A DNA stretch of 62,643 nucleotides, counting the filler. It is 8 parts of 8 records of this genome, joined end to end, with 100 filler letters (N's around TTAATTAATTAA, not from the genome) between each part and the next. Parts side by side here need not be neighbours in the genome. Positions count along the whole stretch, not along the records: positions 30,551 to 41,508 come from SRR2962707_5424; positions 41,609 to 48,867 come from SRR2962707_5427; 6 more parts are not named here. One strand, 5' to 3'. The notes under the pieces are model-generated. The model ran no database searches, was not told the origin of the DNA, and was given only the letters and a program-made list of their open reading frames with translations. A program made the translations under genes and the position numbers. Shown here piece after piece: positions 32,742 through 41,867 of this stretch (the stretch's first letter is position 1; every line of letters begins with the position of its first letter).

Positions 32742-33881
32742 ATGGATTTAAAACTCTTCTTTGATCCGATTGAAATTGATGTAGACAAAACCCCTGCCTC
32801 ATTTCAGTCATCCATTTATATCAATCGTCATAAAATGCCTGATCATGACGGCCTGGATATCGCTCTGATTGGGTTAAAAGAGTATCGTGGTAGTCAAGAA
32901 GAGGCGAATGCAGATTCTGTAAACGAGATAAGAAAGCAGCTTTATCGTCTAAAAAAAGGTTTTGGAGAGTATGGAATCATCGATTTAGGAAATTTCAGGA
33001 ATGGCCCAACTGTGGAGGATACCTATCTCCGATTGAAGGAAGTGTGTGCCTACTTAATGGATAAAGGAATTATTCCAATCCTTTTTGGTGGTAGTCAGGA
33101 TTTGGATATTGGTCAATATTACGCCTTTGAGAATACCGAAAAGCTTATTTCAATCCTTAACGTGGACAACAAAATGGACTTTGATGAAGGTAAATCCAAT
33201 GAAGACATTCATATTGGGAAAATACTGAAACACAGTCCGAATTATCTCTTCAGCTATTATCACCTGGCGTATCAAAGCTATCTAACCAATCAAAAGGAAC
33301 TGGAGCTGATAGAGAAGCTGTCATTTGAGGCGGTGAGATTGGGAGTAGTAAAGGAGAATATAAAGGAAATAGAGCCCATCGTTCGTGATGCTGACATGAT
33401 GACCTTTGATATGTCTGCATTACAGGCCTTCTATGCTCCGGGGGCATTCGATTCAAAAGTCTACGGACTCACAGGAGAGGAAGCCTGTCAGCTTTGGTGG
33501 TATGCAGGCCAAAACGAAAAAATGAGTTCGGTAGGCGTATACAATTACAACTCAGACGGTGATGATGACGATATGAAGACTGCTTTCGTAATCAGTACCA
33601 TGATCTGGTATTTCATAGAAGGGTATTATCACCGCAAAGGCGACAAGAATTTTAAGTCCAATGACTATTTGATGTACGAAGTACATCTGGGTGGTGAACC
33701 GGATACTATTCGTTTTTATAAAAGCAAATTATCCGAAAGATGGTGGATGGAAGTTCCCAATCCCGATGGATCAGGACTATTCAACCGCAATAGGATGTTG
33801 GCCTGTAATTATTCAGATTATGAATTGGCCCTCAAAGGTGAAGTGCCTGATCGTTGGGTCAATTTCTACAATAAAGGCTGA
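32742..33881 (+). CDS. Arginase/formimidoylglutamase-fold protein, Bacteroidota type
   Basis: IALIG..EYRG, IRKQLY, IIDLGN, PILFGGSQDL and GLTGEEACQL. The metal-binding motifs are degenerate. Confidence 0.85.
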   Translation: MDLKLFFDPIEIDVDKTPASFQSSIYINRHKMPDHDGLDIALIGLKEYRGSQEEANADSVNEIRKQLYRLKKGFGEYGIIDLGNFRNGPTVEDTYLRLKEVCAYLMDKGIIPILFGGSQDLDIGQYYAFENTEKLISILNVDNKMDFDEGKSNEDIHIGKILKHSPNYLFSYYHLAYQSYLTNQKELELIEKLSFEAVRLGVVKENIKEIEPIVRDADMMTFDMSALQAFYAPGAFDSKVYGLTGEEACQLWWYAGQNEKMSSVGVYNYNSDGDDDDMKTAFVISTMIWYFIEGYYHRKGDKNFKSNDYLMYEVHLGGEPDTIRFYKSKLSERWWMEVPNPDGSGLFNRNRMLACNYSDYELALKGEVPDRWVNFYNKG

Positions 33882-33882
33882 T

Positions 33883-34068
33883 TCAATACCGGGGTGGAAT
33901 GACTATCCACAGAATGATATAGACGATACCTCCTGAAAAGACAGTTAGTAATGAAAGAAGGACGTATGCAATTCGTACAAGAGTTGGATCCATTTCGAAG
34001 TACTCAGCAAGTCCGGCACAGACACCACCAAGCATTCGATCATTCGATCTGAAGAGTCGTTTAGCCAT
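33883..34068 (-). CDS. pspC: PspC-domain membrane protein
   Basis: KRLFRSNDRMLGGVCAGLAEYFEMDPTLVRI..YIILWIVIP. ATG at 34068. Confidence 0.92.
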   Translation of the reverse strand: MAKRLFRSNDRMLGGVCAGLAEYFEMDPTLVRIAYVLLSLLTVFSGGIVYIILWIVIPPRY

Positions 34069-34081
34069 AATTAAGTGTTTA

Positions 34082-34315
34082 TTATAAAGATGACACTTTT
34101 TCGACAATATTTCGAAGAGATTGGTCACCGATCTTTTCGATTAGTCCGGTATGAACATTCTTATCTGCCGGAATAGTGGTAGAACTCTTTGGAAATGAAA
34201 GAGATTCTGCCGAATAGAACGTACGCGCATTAAGCGTAAGCAGACATGCAAGGATGATACCCAGCAATATCAGCAGCGTTCGGTTTATGCTCAAGTTAGA
34301 TCGGTTCGTCGGCAT
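34082..34315 (-). CDS. Small single-TM hypothetical protein upstream of pspC
   Basis: 77 aa with hydrophobic helix TLLILLGIILACLLTL. It ends 13 nt before the pspC start. Confidence 0.6.
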   Translation of the reverse strand: MPTNRSNLSINRTLLILLGIILACLLTLNARTFYSAESLSFPKSSTTIPADKNVHTGLIEKIGDQSLRNIVEKVSSL

Positions 34316-34328
34316 GCTTTTCTTAATA

Positions 34329-34343
34329 ACAATCAGCGTGCCA
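34329..34343 (-). promoter_or_regulatory. Sigma54 (-24/-12) promoter candidate
   Basis: The minus strand reads TGGCACG-ctga-TTGT. An IHF-like AATCAGtgaaTTA lies at 34364-34376, with enhancer-like inverted repeats at 34399-34436. Confidence 0.65.
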
Positions 34344-34523
34344 AAACTTGTAACTATACTGTAAATCAGTGAATTATGTTATTGTAAAAAAGCGTACTTG
34401 TCCAATTATGAACGATCATTTTCGTTCAGTTGAACACTTTTTGAGTTAAAAATTCCTTTCTGAAATTTTTTCGGGCAATCATTAGTAATTCAAAAAGTAT
34501 GTCAGTTTGAGTGACCTGAAAAT

Positions 34524-34551
34524 AAAAAAGGTACCCCACCTCTGAGGTACC
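34524..34551 (-). terminator. Rho-independent terminator with no upstream CDS
   Basis: Minus strand GGTACCTCA-gagg-TGGGGTACC followed by T6. Confidence 0.75.
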
Positions 34552-34668
34552 CAATCACCCTAATCACGCTGCTGAACGCATTGTGCTCGTTAATAAGTGG
34601 TGATCAATCACACACCTAATATTTCTTTATAAAAGCTCCACCTGTTTGACAAGCAGTTGAATCAATTA
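34524..34668 (-). ncRNA. Candidate small RNA
   Basis: Lies between a near-consensus Bacteroidota -7 element (TCACTTTG, 34674-34681) and an orphan terminator. It has no substantial ORF and three GTGATT repeats. Confidence 0.45.
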
Positions 34669-34829
34669 CGTTACAAAGTGAGCAATATCCTGTTAAGAAA
34701 AACCTTGGTGATAATTAGGAAATTGAATTAGTCAAAATGCTTATCTTTTTTCAAACCCAGTATTGAGTCGCTTTTTTTGGAATTAATCTCATAATTTTAT
34801 CATAGCCAGCGATAACAATTAATTCTGCA

Positions 34830-37800
34830 TTGAAGGAGACTACATCCGATATCTCACAAAAAAATCTTCTTGAAAACATACCCTTTGGATTCGTCCAGGT
34901 TGATTTGTCGGGACAGATCGTTTATGCTAATAAGTCAGCCTTTCATTTATTGGAAATGGAAGATGAACTGATAGGTGCCTTTTACTATGATTTACCTTGG
35001 GACCAATTCGATGAGAGTCTGAATGCGCTTGATAAAATGGATCATACATTTTATCAGGCTCTTGAAGGAAAAACGCAAACGGGAATAGTAAGAGCACTTG
35101 AAATCAATGGAACGCTTAAATGGTTTTCGGTCAATGCATCACCATATTATGACAGTGAAAAGAACCTTATTGGTGCTGTCACCAATTTTGTTGATATCAC
35201 AGACAAGAAAAACCTTGAGGAAACTATCCGAATCGATTCTGATCGATACAAGATACTCCTGGAAAACATACATGCTGTAGTCTGGGAGTCCGAGATTAAC
35301 TCACCTACCTTTTCATATATCAGTCCTAAGGTTGAAGAGCTATTCGGATACCCCAAAGAGGACTGGTTGAAGGAGGGATTCTGGCAGTCAATTATTTATG
35401 AGGAGGATAGAGAACGGGTGGTTTCTTTCGAAAGGACAGTAACTTCTAACTATGAATTGGAATATCGTCTTGTCCATAAATCAGGCGAAGTAAGATGGGT
35501 GAGCGACCATGTTGAAGTGGTGAAGGAACTTGGCGGATCTGTCAGGTTGCGAGGATTGATTGTAGACATCACCGAGAAGAAAGAATCGGAAGTAAAGATT
35601 GAAGAAAGCCGGGAGCGCTACAAGAGTCTGATTTCAGAGGCCCCTTATGCAATTAATGTTTACAATCGAGATGGCCTGCTCATTGCTGCAAATCCCAAAT
35701 GTGAGGATTATTGGAAAGTACCTGTGCATGAGTATGTTGGCAAGTTCAATCTTTTCCACAATGATATTTTCGATGACGAAAAATCTATCAATCGGATAAA
35801 AAGGGCATTTGATGGAGAATCCGGTGAAGTCACAGCTAGTATCAAACTGCCACATGCAGATGATGAGGAACATGTCTACAGGCTGAAGTATTTTCCACTA
35901 TTGGATGTCAATGGGCAGGTGGACAATGTGGTGTACATGACGGAAGATATCACAGATTTTGTGCAAGCAGAACAGAAAACCAAGGAAGAAGAGTTACTCA
36001 AACAAGGTATTCTGGATGCACTTGGTGATGCTATATTGGTTGTTGATAACGAAGGTAAGATCCTTAATATCAACAAGAGTCTAAACAACTATCTCGAAAA
36101 GCAGACCTATCATGGACTTGTTATAGGGGCGTCCATTTTTGATTTTATTGATCGCCTCGAAGAAAGCCAATTGTTGAGAGATTCTGTTCAATCTATTTTA
36201 ACCCAAAAATCCAGATTCTTTGATCATGAAATGAAGTTGGTGGATGGGAGGTGGTATAACCTCAGGGCCACTCCACTAATTGAAAAGTATGGGGCAGTCA
36301 TTTCCTTACAAAATATCAATACTCGAAAGGAGATCGAGATGGCACTCGAAAAATCGTTGAAGAAATACCGGAATATTTACAACAAAGCTCCTGTAATGAT
36401 GCACTCCATCAATCGTGATTTGGAGATCATAAGTGTTAGTGATTTCTGGCTCGAGAAAATGGGTTACGAAAGGAATGAAGTTATTGGCAAATCGCCAACC
36501 AACTTTGTGACCAATATGTCCAAGGATGTTATTAGGAAAAACATCCAGATGCTTTTGGAGACAGGTGAGGTGAAGAATGCTGAATATCAGTATGTAAAGA
36601 AATCGGGAGAAATAATGGAGGTATTGTTATCAGCCATTGCAGAATATGATGAAGATGGGAATTTTGAAAGATCAATTACAGGGATGATTGATGTGACTGA
36701 TCAGAAGGCCGCCGAACGACAACTTCAGGAAAGCCAAACCAGGCTGTTGGAATCTCAGCGAATATCCAAGATTGGAAACTATGAGCTTGATATCCAAACC
36801 GGAAACTTTATTCCGTCCTCCGAAATGAGTATGATGATGGGCTTTGATAAAAAACATCGTCACATGTCCATTATTGACGAGTTAATCTATCCTTCAGATT
36901 ATCAGGATTTCAAACAGAAACTTGAGAAGGCAATTGAAAATGCTTCCGACTTTTTTCACATCTACCGAATATTCCATTTGAAGACAAAAAAAGTCAAATG
37001 GATTTCTGGTAGAGGTCGAATGCTAAGAGATGAGAAGGGTCAGGTAATAAAAATGATTGGAACTGTTCAGGATATAACTGAACAGCGAGCTGCTGAGGAG
37101 AAAATTCGCCGACTAACGGACAGGGTACTTTTAGCAACAGAAATTGCCAATCTTGGAGTATGGGAGTATGATCGTGATACGGACGAAATGTATTGGGAAG
37201 ATCAGATGTATACCATATTCACCAACTTCGATAAACCGGTTGGAATTGAGGAGATCACGGAATTGATTATTGAAAAGGACATTCATATTGTCAACGACAA
37301 CCTGAGGCTGATTCGGACGGGAGTAAACTTTCTTGAGGCAGAACTGGGTATGAACATCAATGATGAAATCAGGTATATAAGGTCATTTACCAGAGTGCTG
37401 AGACATGAAGATGGAAAATACAAGGGAATGGTGGGTGTGGTTTATGATATTACTGGGGATAAGAAATTACAAGTCGAGCTTGAGGCCTCCCTTGATGAGA
37501 AAAATGTCTTAATTAAAGAGGTTCATCACCGAGTAAAAAACAACATGCAGCTGATTTCGTCTATCATGGCCCTGAAATCATACGATCTCAAAGATGAGGA
37601 ATCAAAATTGATTTTTGAGGAGGTTAACAATCGTATCAAGGCCATGTCAGTGATCCATGATAAGCTTTATACCTTCTATAATGTATCAGAGATCGATGTA
37701 AGTGAGTATCTGCATCATATCGCTCAGGAATTACAAGTACTTCTAGGCACATCCGCGGTTAGAATTGAGGTAGAATCCGAGAAAGTGATCATGACCGTAG

Positions 37801-38075
37801 ACAAGGCATTGCTAATAGGATTGATGGTGAGCGAGCTTGTTTCTAATGCTATCAAGCACAGCTTCAAAGAGGATAGAAGTGGTGTTATTCAGATCATTTT
37901 TACCGAAAACGAAGATCAAAACACCTTGTTGGTGTTAAATGATGGTTTTGAAGTACCGGATGATGCCCTATCCACCAAAACAGGTTTAGGTGTGTCCCTC
38001 ATCAAAACATTCGTGAAACAGCTTCACGGGGAAGTAGAAGTCGATGAAAGGAATGGCTTTAAAGTTAATTTTTAA
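34830..38075 (+). CDS. Cytoplasmic multi-PAS sensor histidine kinase (HisKA_2 type)
   Basis: About seven PAS/PAC repeats ending in DIT-like motifs, H-box LIKEVHHRVKNNMQLISS, N-box ELVSNAIKHSF and G-box GLGVSL. TTG start and no TM segment. Confidence 0.95.
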   Translation: MKETTSDISQKNLLENIPFGFVQVDLSGQIVYANKSAFHLLEMEDELIGAFYYDLPWDQFDESLNALDKMDHTFYQALEGKTQTGIVRALEINGTLKWFSVNASPYYDSEKNLIGAVTNFVDITDKKNLEETIRIDSDRYKILLENIHAVVWESEINSPTFSYISPKVEELFGYPKEDWLKEGFWQSIIYEEDRERVVSFERTVTSNYELEYRLVHKSGEVRWVSDHVEVVKELGGSVRLRGLIVDITEKKESEVKIEESRERYKSLISEAPYAINVYNRDGLLIAANPKCEDYWKVPVHEYVGKFNLFHNDIFDDEKSINRIKRAFDGESGEVTASIKLPHADDEEHVYRLKYFPLLDVNGQVDNVVYMTEDITDFVQAEQKTKEEELLKQGILDALGDAILVVDNEGKILNINKSLNNYLEKQTYHGLVIGASIFDFIDRLEESQLLRDSVQSILTQKSRFFDHEMKLVDGRWYNLRATPLIEKYGAVISLQNINTRKEIEMALEKSLKKYRNIYNKAPVMMHSINRDLEIISVSDFWLEKMGYERNEVIGKSPTNFVTNMSKDVIRKNIQMLLETGEVKNAEYQYVKKSGEIMEVLLSAIAEYDEDGNFERSITGMIDVTDQKAAERQLQESQTRLLESQRISKIGNYELDIQTGNFIPSSEMSMMMGFDKKHRHMSIIDELIYPSDYQDFKQKLEKAIENASDFFHIYRIFHLKTKKVKWISGRGRMLRDEKGQVIKMIGTVQDITEQRAAEEKIRRLTDRVLLATEIANLGVWEYDRDTDEMYWEDQMYTIFTNFDKPVGIEEITELIIEKDIHIVNDNLRLIRTGVNFLEAELGMNINDEIRYIRSFTRVLRHEDGKYKGMVGVVYDITGDKKLQVELEASLDEKNVLIKEVHHRVKNNMQLISSIMALKSYDLKDEESKLIFEEVNNRIKAMSVIHDKLYTFYNVSEIDVSEYLHHIAQELQVLLGTSAVRIEVESEKVIMTVDKALLIGLMVSELVSNAIKHSFKEDRSGVIQIIFTENEDQNTLLVLNDGFEVPDDALSTKTGLGVSLIKTFVKQLHGEVEVDERNGFKVNF

Positions 38076-38658
38076 AATAGGGTGAATAATCCATCACGAT
38101 TCTCATCAGACCGCTGGTGGTTTTAGCGCCTACTTTTCGCATGATGTTGCCTTTGTGAGCATTGACAGTGCGAACACTTAAGTTAAGGTCGGTTGCAATC
38201 TCTTCGTTGGTTAGATCCTTCATCATCATTTTGAGAATTTCATTTTCCCGCTCAGTCAATGAATCCACTTTTTCGGCCGTGCTGTTAATTTTATTTGAAA
38301 ACAGCATCGAAATCATGTTGTCATTGTAATAGATGTCATGATTAAAAGCCGTATCCAGGGTTTTCAGAAGATCACTCGCCTCCATAGTCAGAGAAAGTAT
38401 TCCGTTGATATCAAATTTTGAAGTGTATTGAATTAGCAATGGCTTGATCTCATATGCAAATAGCAGTGTCGGGGCTGTGATCTTGAGGTTTGCGACCTCA
38501 TTTGGCTCAATGGTCTCCGTATCCACTATGACAAGGTCAATGTTTTTGGTGAGATCGATTGATAACGAAAATGACTTATTCGGGGCAATCTCCTTCAGCA
38601 AAAGGAACAGGTAGTTAGACAGGTCGGTATTTTTAGAAACGATAAAGATGTCTTTCAT
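38065..38658 (-). CDS. LuxR-family HTH regulator with atypical receiver domain
   Basis: C-terminal LTERENEIL..TNEEIATDLNLSVRTVNAHKGNIMRK. The receiver lacks the N-terminal acidic pair and the conserved Lys. Confidence 0.9.
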   Translation of the reverse strand: MKDIFIVSKNTDLSNYLFLLLKEIAPNKSFSLSIDLTKNIDLVIVDTETIEPNEVANLKITAPTLLFAYEIKPLLIQYTSKFDINGILSLTMEASDLLKTLDTAFNHDIYYNDNMISMLFSNKINSTAEKVDSLTERENEILKMMMKDLTNEEIATDLNLSVRTVNAHKGNIMRKVGAKTTSGLMRIVMDYSPYFKN

Positions 38659-38737
38659 ATCTTACTCTCCAAATCGATTTTTCAAATGTAATATGTTAAG
38701 AAAAACTTTTAAATTGTAAATAGCACCTTAGTAACCT

Positions 38738-40096
38738 ATGGGAAAGATACTAGTTGCAGAAGACTCATTGATCGTAAATCAGCACATCAAACATGCATTG
38801 CAGTCTGGTGGGCATGAAGTTGTTTCTGCATTTTCAGGAAAAGAAGCTGTTGAGTTGGCCTTTCAGGAACATCCTGAGCTAATTCTAATGGATATCATGA
38901 TGGAAACTCAATCCGATGGGATTGATGCGGCTTTTGAAATCAAAAACTCCATCGATATTCCAATCATTTTCCTGACTGCACTTACTGATGAGCCAACCAT
39001 CCAAAAGGCCAAGATTAGTCTGCCTTACGGTTATGTGGTCAAGCCATTTAATGAGGCAGAGCTCCTCTCAAACATTGATGTGGCATTGTATAAAGCCACA
39101 GCAGAAAAGAAAATCAAGGAAAACAGTGAGCTTTTTCAGGCCATTATCAACTCCATTGACAAGGCTATTTTTCTTCTGGATTCAAACCAAAGTATCAAAT
39201 ACACCAACTCCATTGGAGAGCGAATTACACAAAAGTCTTTTGATGTCCTCATAAACAAACCAGTAGGAGAATTTTTACATTTCATTGATGCCAATGGTCA
39301 TCATGTAAAGGAAATCTTTAATCGTGAAGACTTGGAAAATGAAGAGTTGTTTCTCAAAACTTCCGAAGAAGTTTATGGTGATTTTTATTCTCAAAAAGTC
39401 TCTCTCGATGAAGAATACACCCTTTTCATTTTCAAAGAAGTCACTGATCGTGTTAGAATTCGTGAGGCGAATGAAAACCTGAAGAATAGGAAATTATCAT
39501 CATTTATTGAAGGTCAGGAAAAAGAACGAGAAAGAATTGCAAGAGATCTACATGATGGGGTAGGTCAGATAGCCAACATGATCAAGCTGGCAGTCAAAAA
39601 GGGAGATACCGGGCCAAATTTGATTGAAATGATCGATCAGTTTCTTGATGAGATGAGAAAAGTAACAGACGGTCTATTGCCTTCAAGGCTCATCGATTTT
39701 CCGATTGATGTATGCATCAAAAAAATTGTTGATCAGGCTAATGAGAGTTCTGATATCAGTTTTAATTTCCAAACCGGAGATATTCCAGAGCTGGAATTGA
39801 AGCATAAAGTGAATTTATACAGGATAGTTCAGGAAAATCTTTCTAACATTATAAAACATTCCAAGGCTGAAAATGCCACTTTACAACTGTATGGCTTTGA
39901 GGAGCATGTACAGTTGACGATTGAAGATGATGGTGTCGGATTCAAAGTAGGTGAGTACGGAGATGACAATACGCACCATGGTGTTCAAAACATGCATTTC
40001 AGGTCTGAGGTGTTGAATGCAGAATTTGAAATTGAATCGAACAAAGGAAAAGGAACATTTATAAGCTTAAAAATCCCCCTAAATGGCAAAGACTAA
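38738..40096 (+). CDS. Hybrid REC-PAS-HisKA_3 histidine kinase
   Basis: ILVAED..LILMDIMM..PYGYVVKPF receiver, a PAS-like segment, ERERIARDLHDGVGQ, YRIVQENLSNIIKHS and IEDDGVGF. Confidence 0.93.
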   Translation: MGKILVAEDSLIVNQHIKHALQSGGHEVVSAFSGKEAVELAFQEHPELILMDIMMETQSDGIDAAFEIKNSIDIPIIFLTALTDEPTIQKAKISLPYGYVVKPFNEAELLSNIDVALYKATAEKKIKENSELFQAIINSIDKAIFLLDSNQSIKYTNSIGERITQKSFDVLINKPVGEFLHFIDANGHHVKEIFNREDLENEELFLKTSEEVYGDFYSQKVSLDEEYTLFIFKEVTDRVRIREANENLKNRKLSSFIEGQEKERERIARDLHDGVGQIANMIKLAVKKGDTGPNLIEMIDQFLDEMRKVTDGLLPSRLIDFPIDVCIKKIVDQANESSDISFNFQTGDIPELELKHKVNLYRIVQENLSNIIKHSKAENATLQLYGFEEHVQLTIEDDGVGFKVGEYGDDNTHHGVQNMHFRSEVLNAEFEIESNKGKGTFISLKIPLNGKD

Positions 40097-40736
40097 ACTT
40101 TTTCTCATAGAAGATCACGAATTGGTTCGCAAAGGAGTTCGCAGCATCATAGCGATGGATGATTCGCTGGAGATTGTGGCAGAGTTTGATCGAGCCACAA
40201 AGGCGATTGAGGCTATGGAAAGTGGTCAGATGCCTGATTTAATCCTGATGGATATTTCCATGCCTGAAATGACTGGATTGGAAGCATCTAAACTCATTGG
40301 TGAGAAATTTCCGGATATCCGGATCATCATTCTAAGCATGTATAAAGATGAGGAGTATGTGATGGAGGGGCTGAATTTCAATGTGAGTGGCTATGTAGTA
40401 AAGGATAGTGTGGCCGATGAGATTTTAGTGGCTATCGAGAAGGTGGTGAATGGGGGTAAGTTCTTTAGTAGGGAGGTGATTGATACGGCTTTAAATTCGT
40501 ACAAGGAGATTAAAGAAGATAAGAAGCGGAAAGAAGACATTCAACTTACCAAGAGAGAAATCGAAGTGCTCAATGACATTTCTGACGGGTTGAAAAGTCA
40601 GGAAATAGCTGAAAAACTATTTATTAGTGAGCGTACCGTGGAGGCACATCGCGGTAACATCATGAAAAAGCTTCAGGCTAAAAATATGGCTGAATTGATC
40701 AAAAAAGCCATGACTTTAGGACTAATTAAGTCCTGA
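40083..40736 (+). CDS. NarL/FixJ-family response regulator
   Basis: LIEDHELVR, LILMDISMPEMTG, GYVVKD and the LuxR HTH LTKREIEVL..EIAEKLFISERTVEAHRGNIMKKL. Confidence 0.95.
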   Translation: MAKTKLFLIEDHELVRKGVRSIIAMDDSLEIVAEFDRATKAIEAMESGQMPDLILMDISMPEMTGLEASKLIGEKFPDIRIIILSMYKDEEYVMEGLNFNVSGYVVKDSVADEILVAIEKVVNGGKFFSREVIDTALNSYKEIKEDKKRKEDIQLTKREIEVLNDISDGLKSQEIAEKLFISERTVEAHRGNIMKKLQAKNMAELIKKAMTLGLIKS

Positions 40737-40802
40737 TTGGGTAGTTAAATTGCTTAAAAAAACTCAGGGGTTTCTACCTTATTTTATCCACTAACTGGTT
40801 TT

Positions 40803-40810
40803 TACATTTG
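40803..40810 (+). promoter_or_regulatory. Bacteroidota primary-sigma -7 element
   Basis: TACATTTG matches TAnnTTTG and lies upstream of ORF 40854. Confidence 0.55.
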
Positions 40811-40853
40811 AATAGGTGAATTGCGGTTCATCCGCAATGAATAAATATCAGCT

Positions 40854-41186
40854 GTGGTAATACACGAAGCACATAAGACCATTAATGCGCTAAGGCAGGC
40901 TTTGCCCAAGAGCTTTGTGTTTGTCATTGATACCACAGATCGATCCTTTATCTACAAATCCGTTGATCATTCCGATTGTGAGGAAGCCATCTTGCAGATC
41001 GACCGCTTGCATGGAATTGACATACTATCCCGAAAAGATGGGTTTTACCTCGATAAGCATAACCTTGGGATTGTCGGCATCCGAAACATCAGCTCCAATA
41101 CGTATGTTGGTTTTTGCCTGCCGGAAATTGGCGAGGACACCACAATGGCAGAAAGCATCATTCGCAACGAGAAGGTGGTTTATTAA
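40854..41186 (+). CDS. Hypothetical protein
   Basis: 110-aa GTG-started ORF downstream of the -7 element. No family recognised. Confidence 0.55.
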   Translation: MVIHEAHKTINALRQALPKSFVFVIDTTDRSFIYKSVDHSDCEEAILQIDRLHGIDILSRKDGFYLDKHNLGIVGIRNISSNTYVGFCLPEIGEDTTMAESIIRNEKVVY

Positions 41187-41232
41187 ATAATCTAATCCAG
41201 ACTCAATAAAGTCCTTTGCTATGCATCAGGCC

Positions 41233-41492
41233 TCATCTCTTGTGAACTCGGAGGGGTCGATCGGACTGGCGCACCAGCCCCCAATCTCCAACCGTTATTT
41301 TATTTGATTGAAGTTGTCGGGATTGCCTTCGGCGATCCCTTTGTGGTCAAAATTCCGAGATGAAAGCTCAAATCGTTACACGATTTGCTTTTTTTATTTG
41401 TTCGACTCACCGAAACATCCGTTCCGCTCGTCTCCAAATAAAAAAGCTCAAGGCAAACGCCTTGAGCTTTCATCTCTTGTGAACTCGGAGGG
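41233..41492. repeat. tRNA-linked direct repeat (23 nt) with internal inverted repeats
   Basis: TCATCTCTTGTGAACTCGGAGGG occurs at 41233-41255 and 41470-41492. A 15-nt inverted repeat pairs 41357-41371 with 41462-41476. Confidence 0.85.
41442..41470 (-). terminator. Terminator hairpin downstream of the tRNA
   Basis: AAAGCTCAAGGC-aaac-GCCTTGAGCTTT with a U-rich tail on the minus strand. Confidence 0.7.
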
Positions 41493-41508
41493 ATTCGAAC
41501 CCCCAATC
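41478..41508 (-). tRNA. 3' half of a tRNA (probably Arg), truncated by the contig end
   Basis: Minus strand GATTGGGGGTTCGAATCCCTCCGAGTTCACA gives the T-arm plus the acceptor 3' strand. The anticodon is not visible. Confidence 0.8.
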
Positions 41509-41608
41509 NNNNNNNNNNNNNNNNNNNNNNNNNNNNNNNNNNNNNNNNNNNNTTAATTAATTAANNNNNNNNNNNNNNNNNNNNNNNNNNNNNNNNNNNN
41601 NNNNNNNN
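41509..41608. other. Artificial contig-joining spacer 5
   Basis: Same N44-TTAATTAATTAA-N44 structure. Confidence 0.99.
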
Positions 41609-41756
41609 TCATCGCCTGGGTATGCAGATCGGTTGGCACGGAGACCGTGGTGAATTTCAGCTCAATGGGATCCTGAGCCTGAACGGCGCCAATCGCCATG
41701 GCAGCAAAGGACACCGCTGAAAGTGCGATAAGTGCACTGCGCTTAAGAGTTTTCAT
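41609..41756 (-). CDS. TRAP transporter substrate-binding protein (DctP family), N-terminal fragment
   Basis: RBS GGAGG, signal peptide ending VQA, then IELKFTTVSVPTDLHTQAM, typical of the first strand and helix of DctP proteins. Confidence 0.7.
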
Positions 41757-41867
41757 ATTCCTCCCTCTCAGAGCTTGTTCGGCTGCCCCTCGGTTTCCAA
41801 TTGCAGCGTTGCACTGCGATTGGCCCTGACAGCTCAATTTGACAAACAGACTTTGCAACAACCGGCG

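Noticed and set aside
34830..37470. LOV photoreceptor among the PAS domains
   Set aside because: No GxNCRFLQ motif is present.
41300..41556. Short ORFs MGVRIPPSSQ.. and MKLSGLPS..
   Set aside because: They are translations of the tRNA T-arm and its downstream hairpins.
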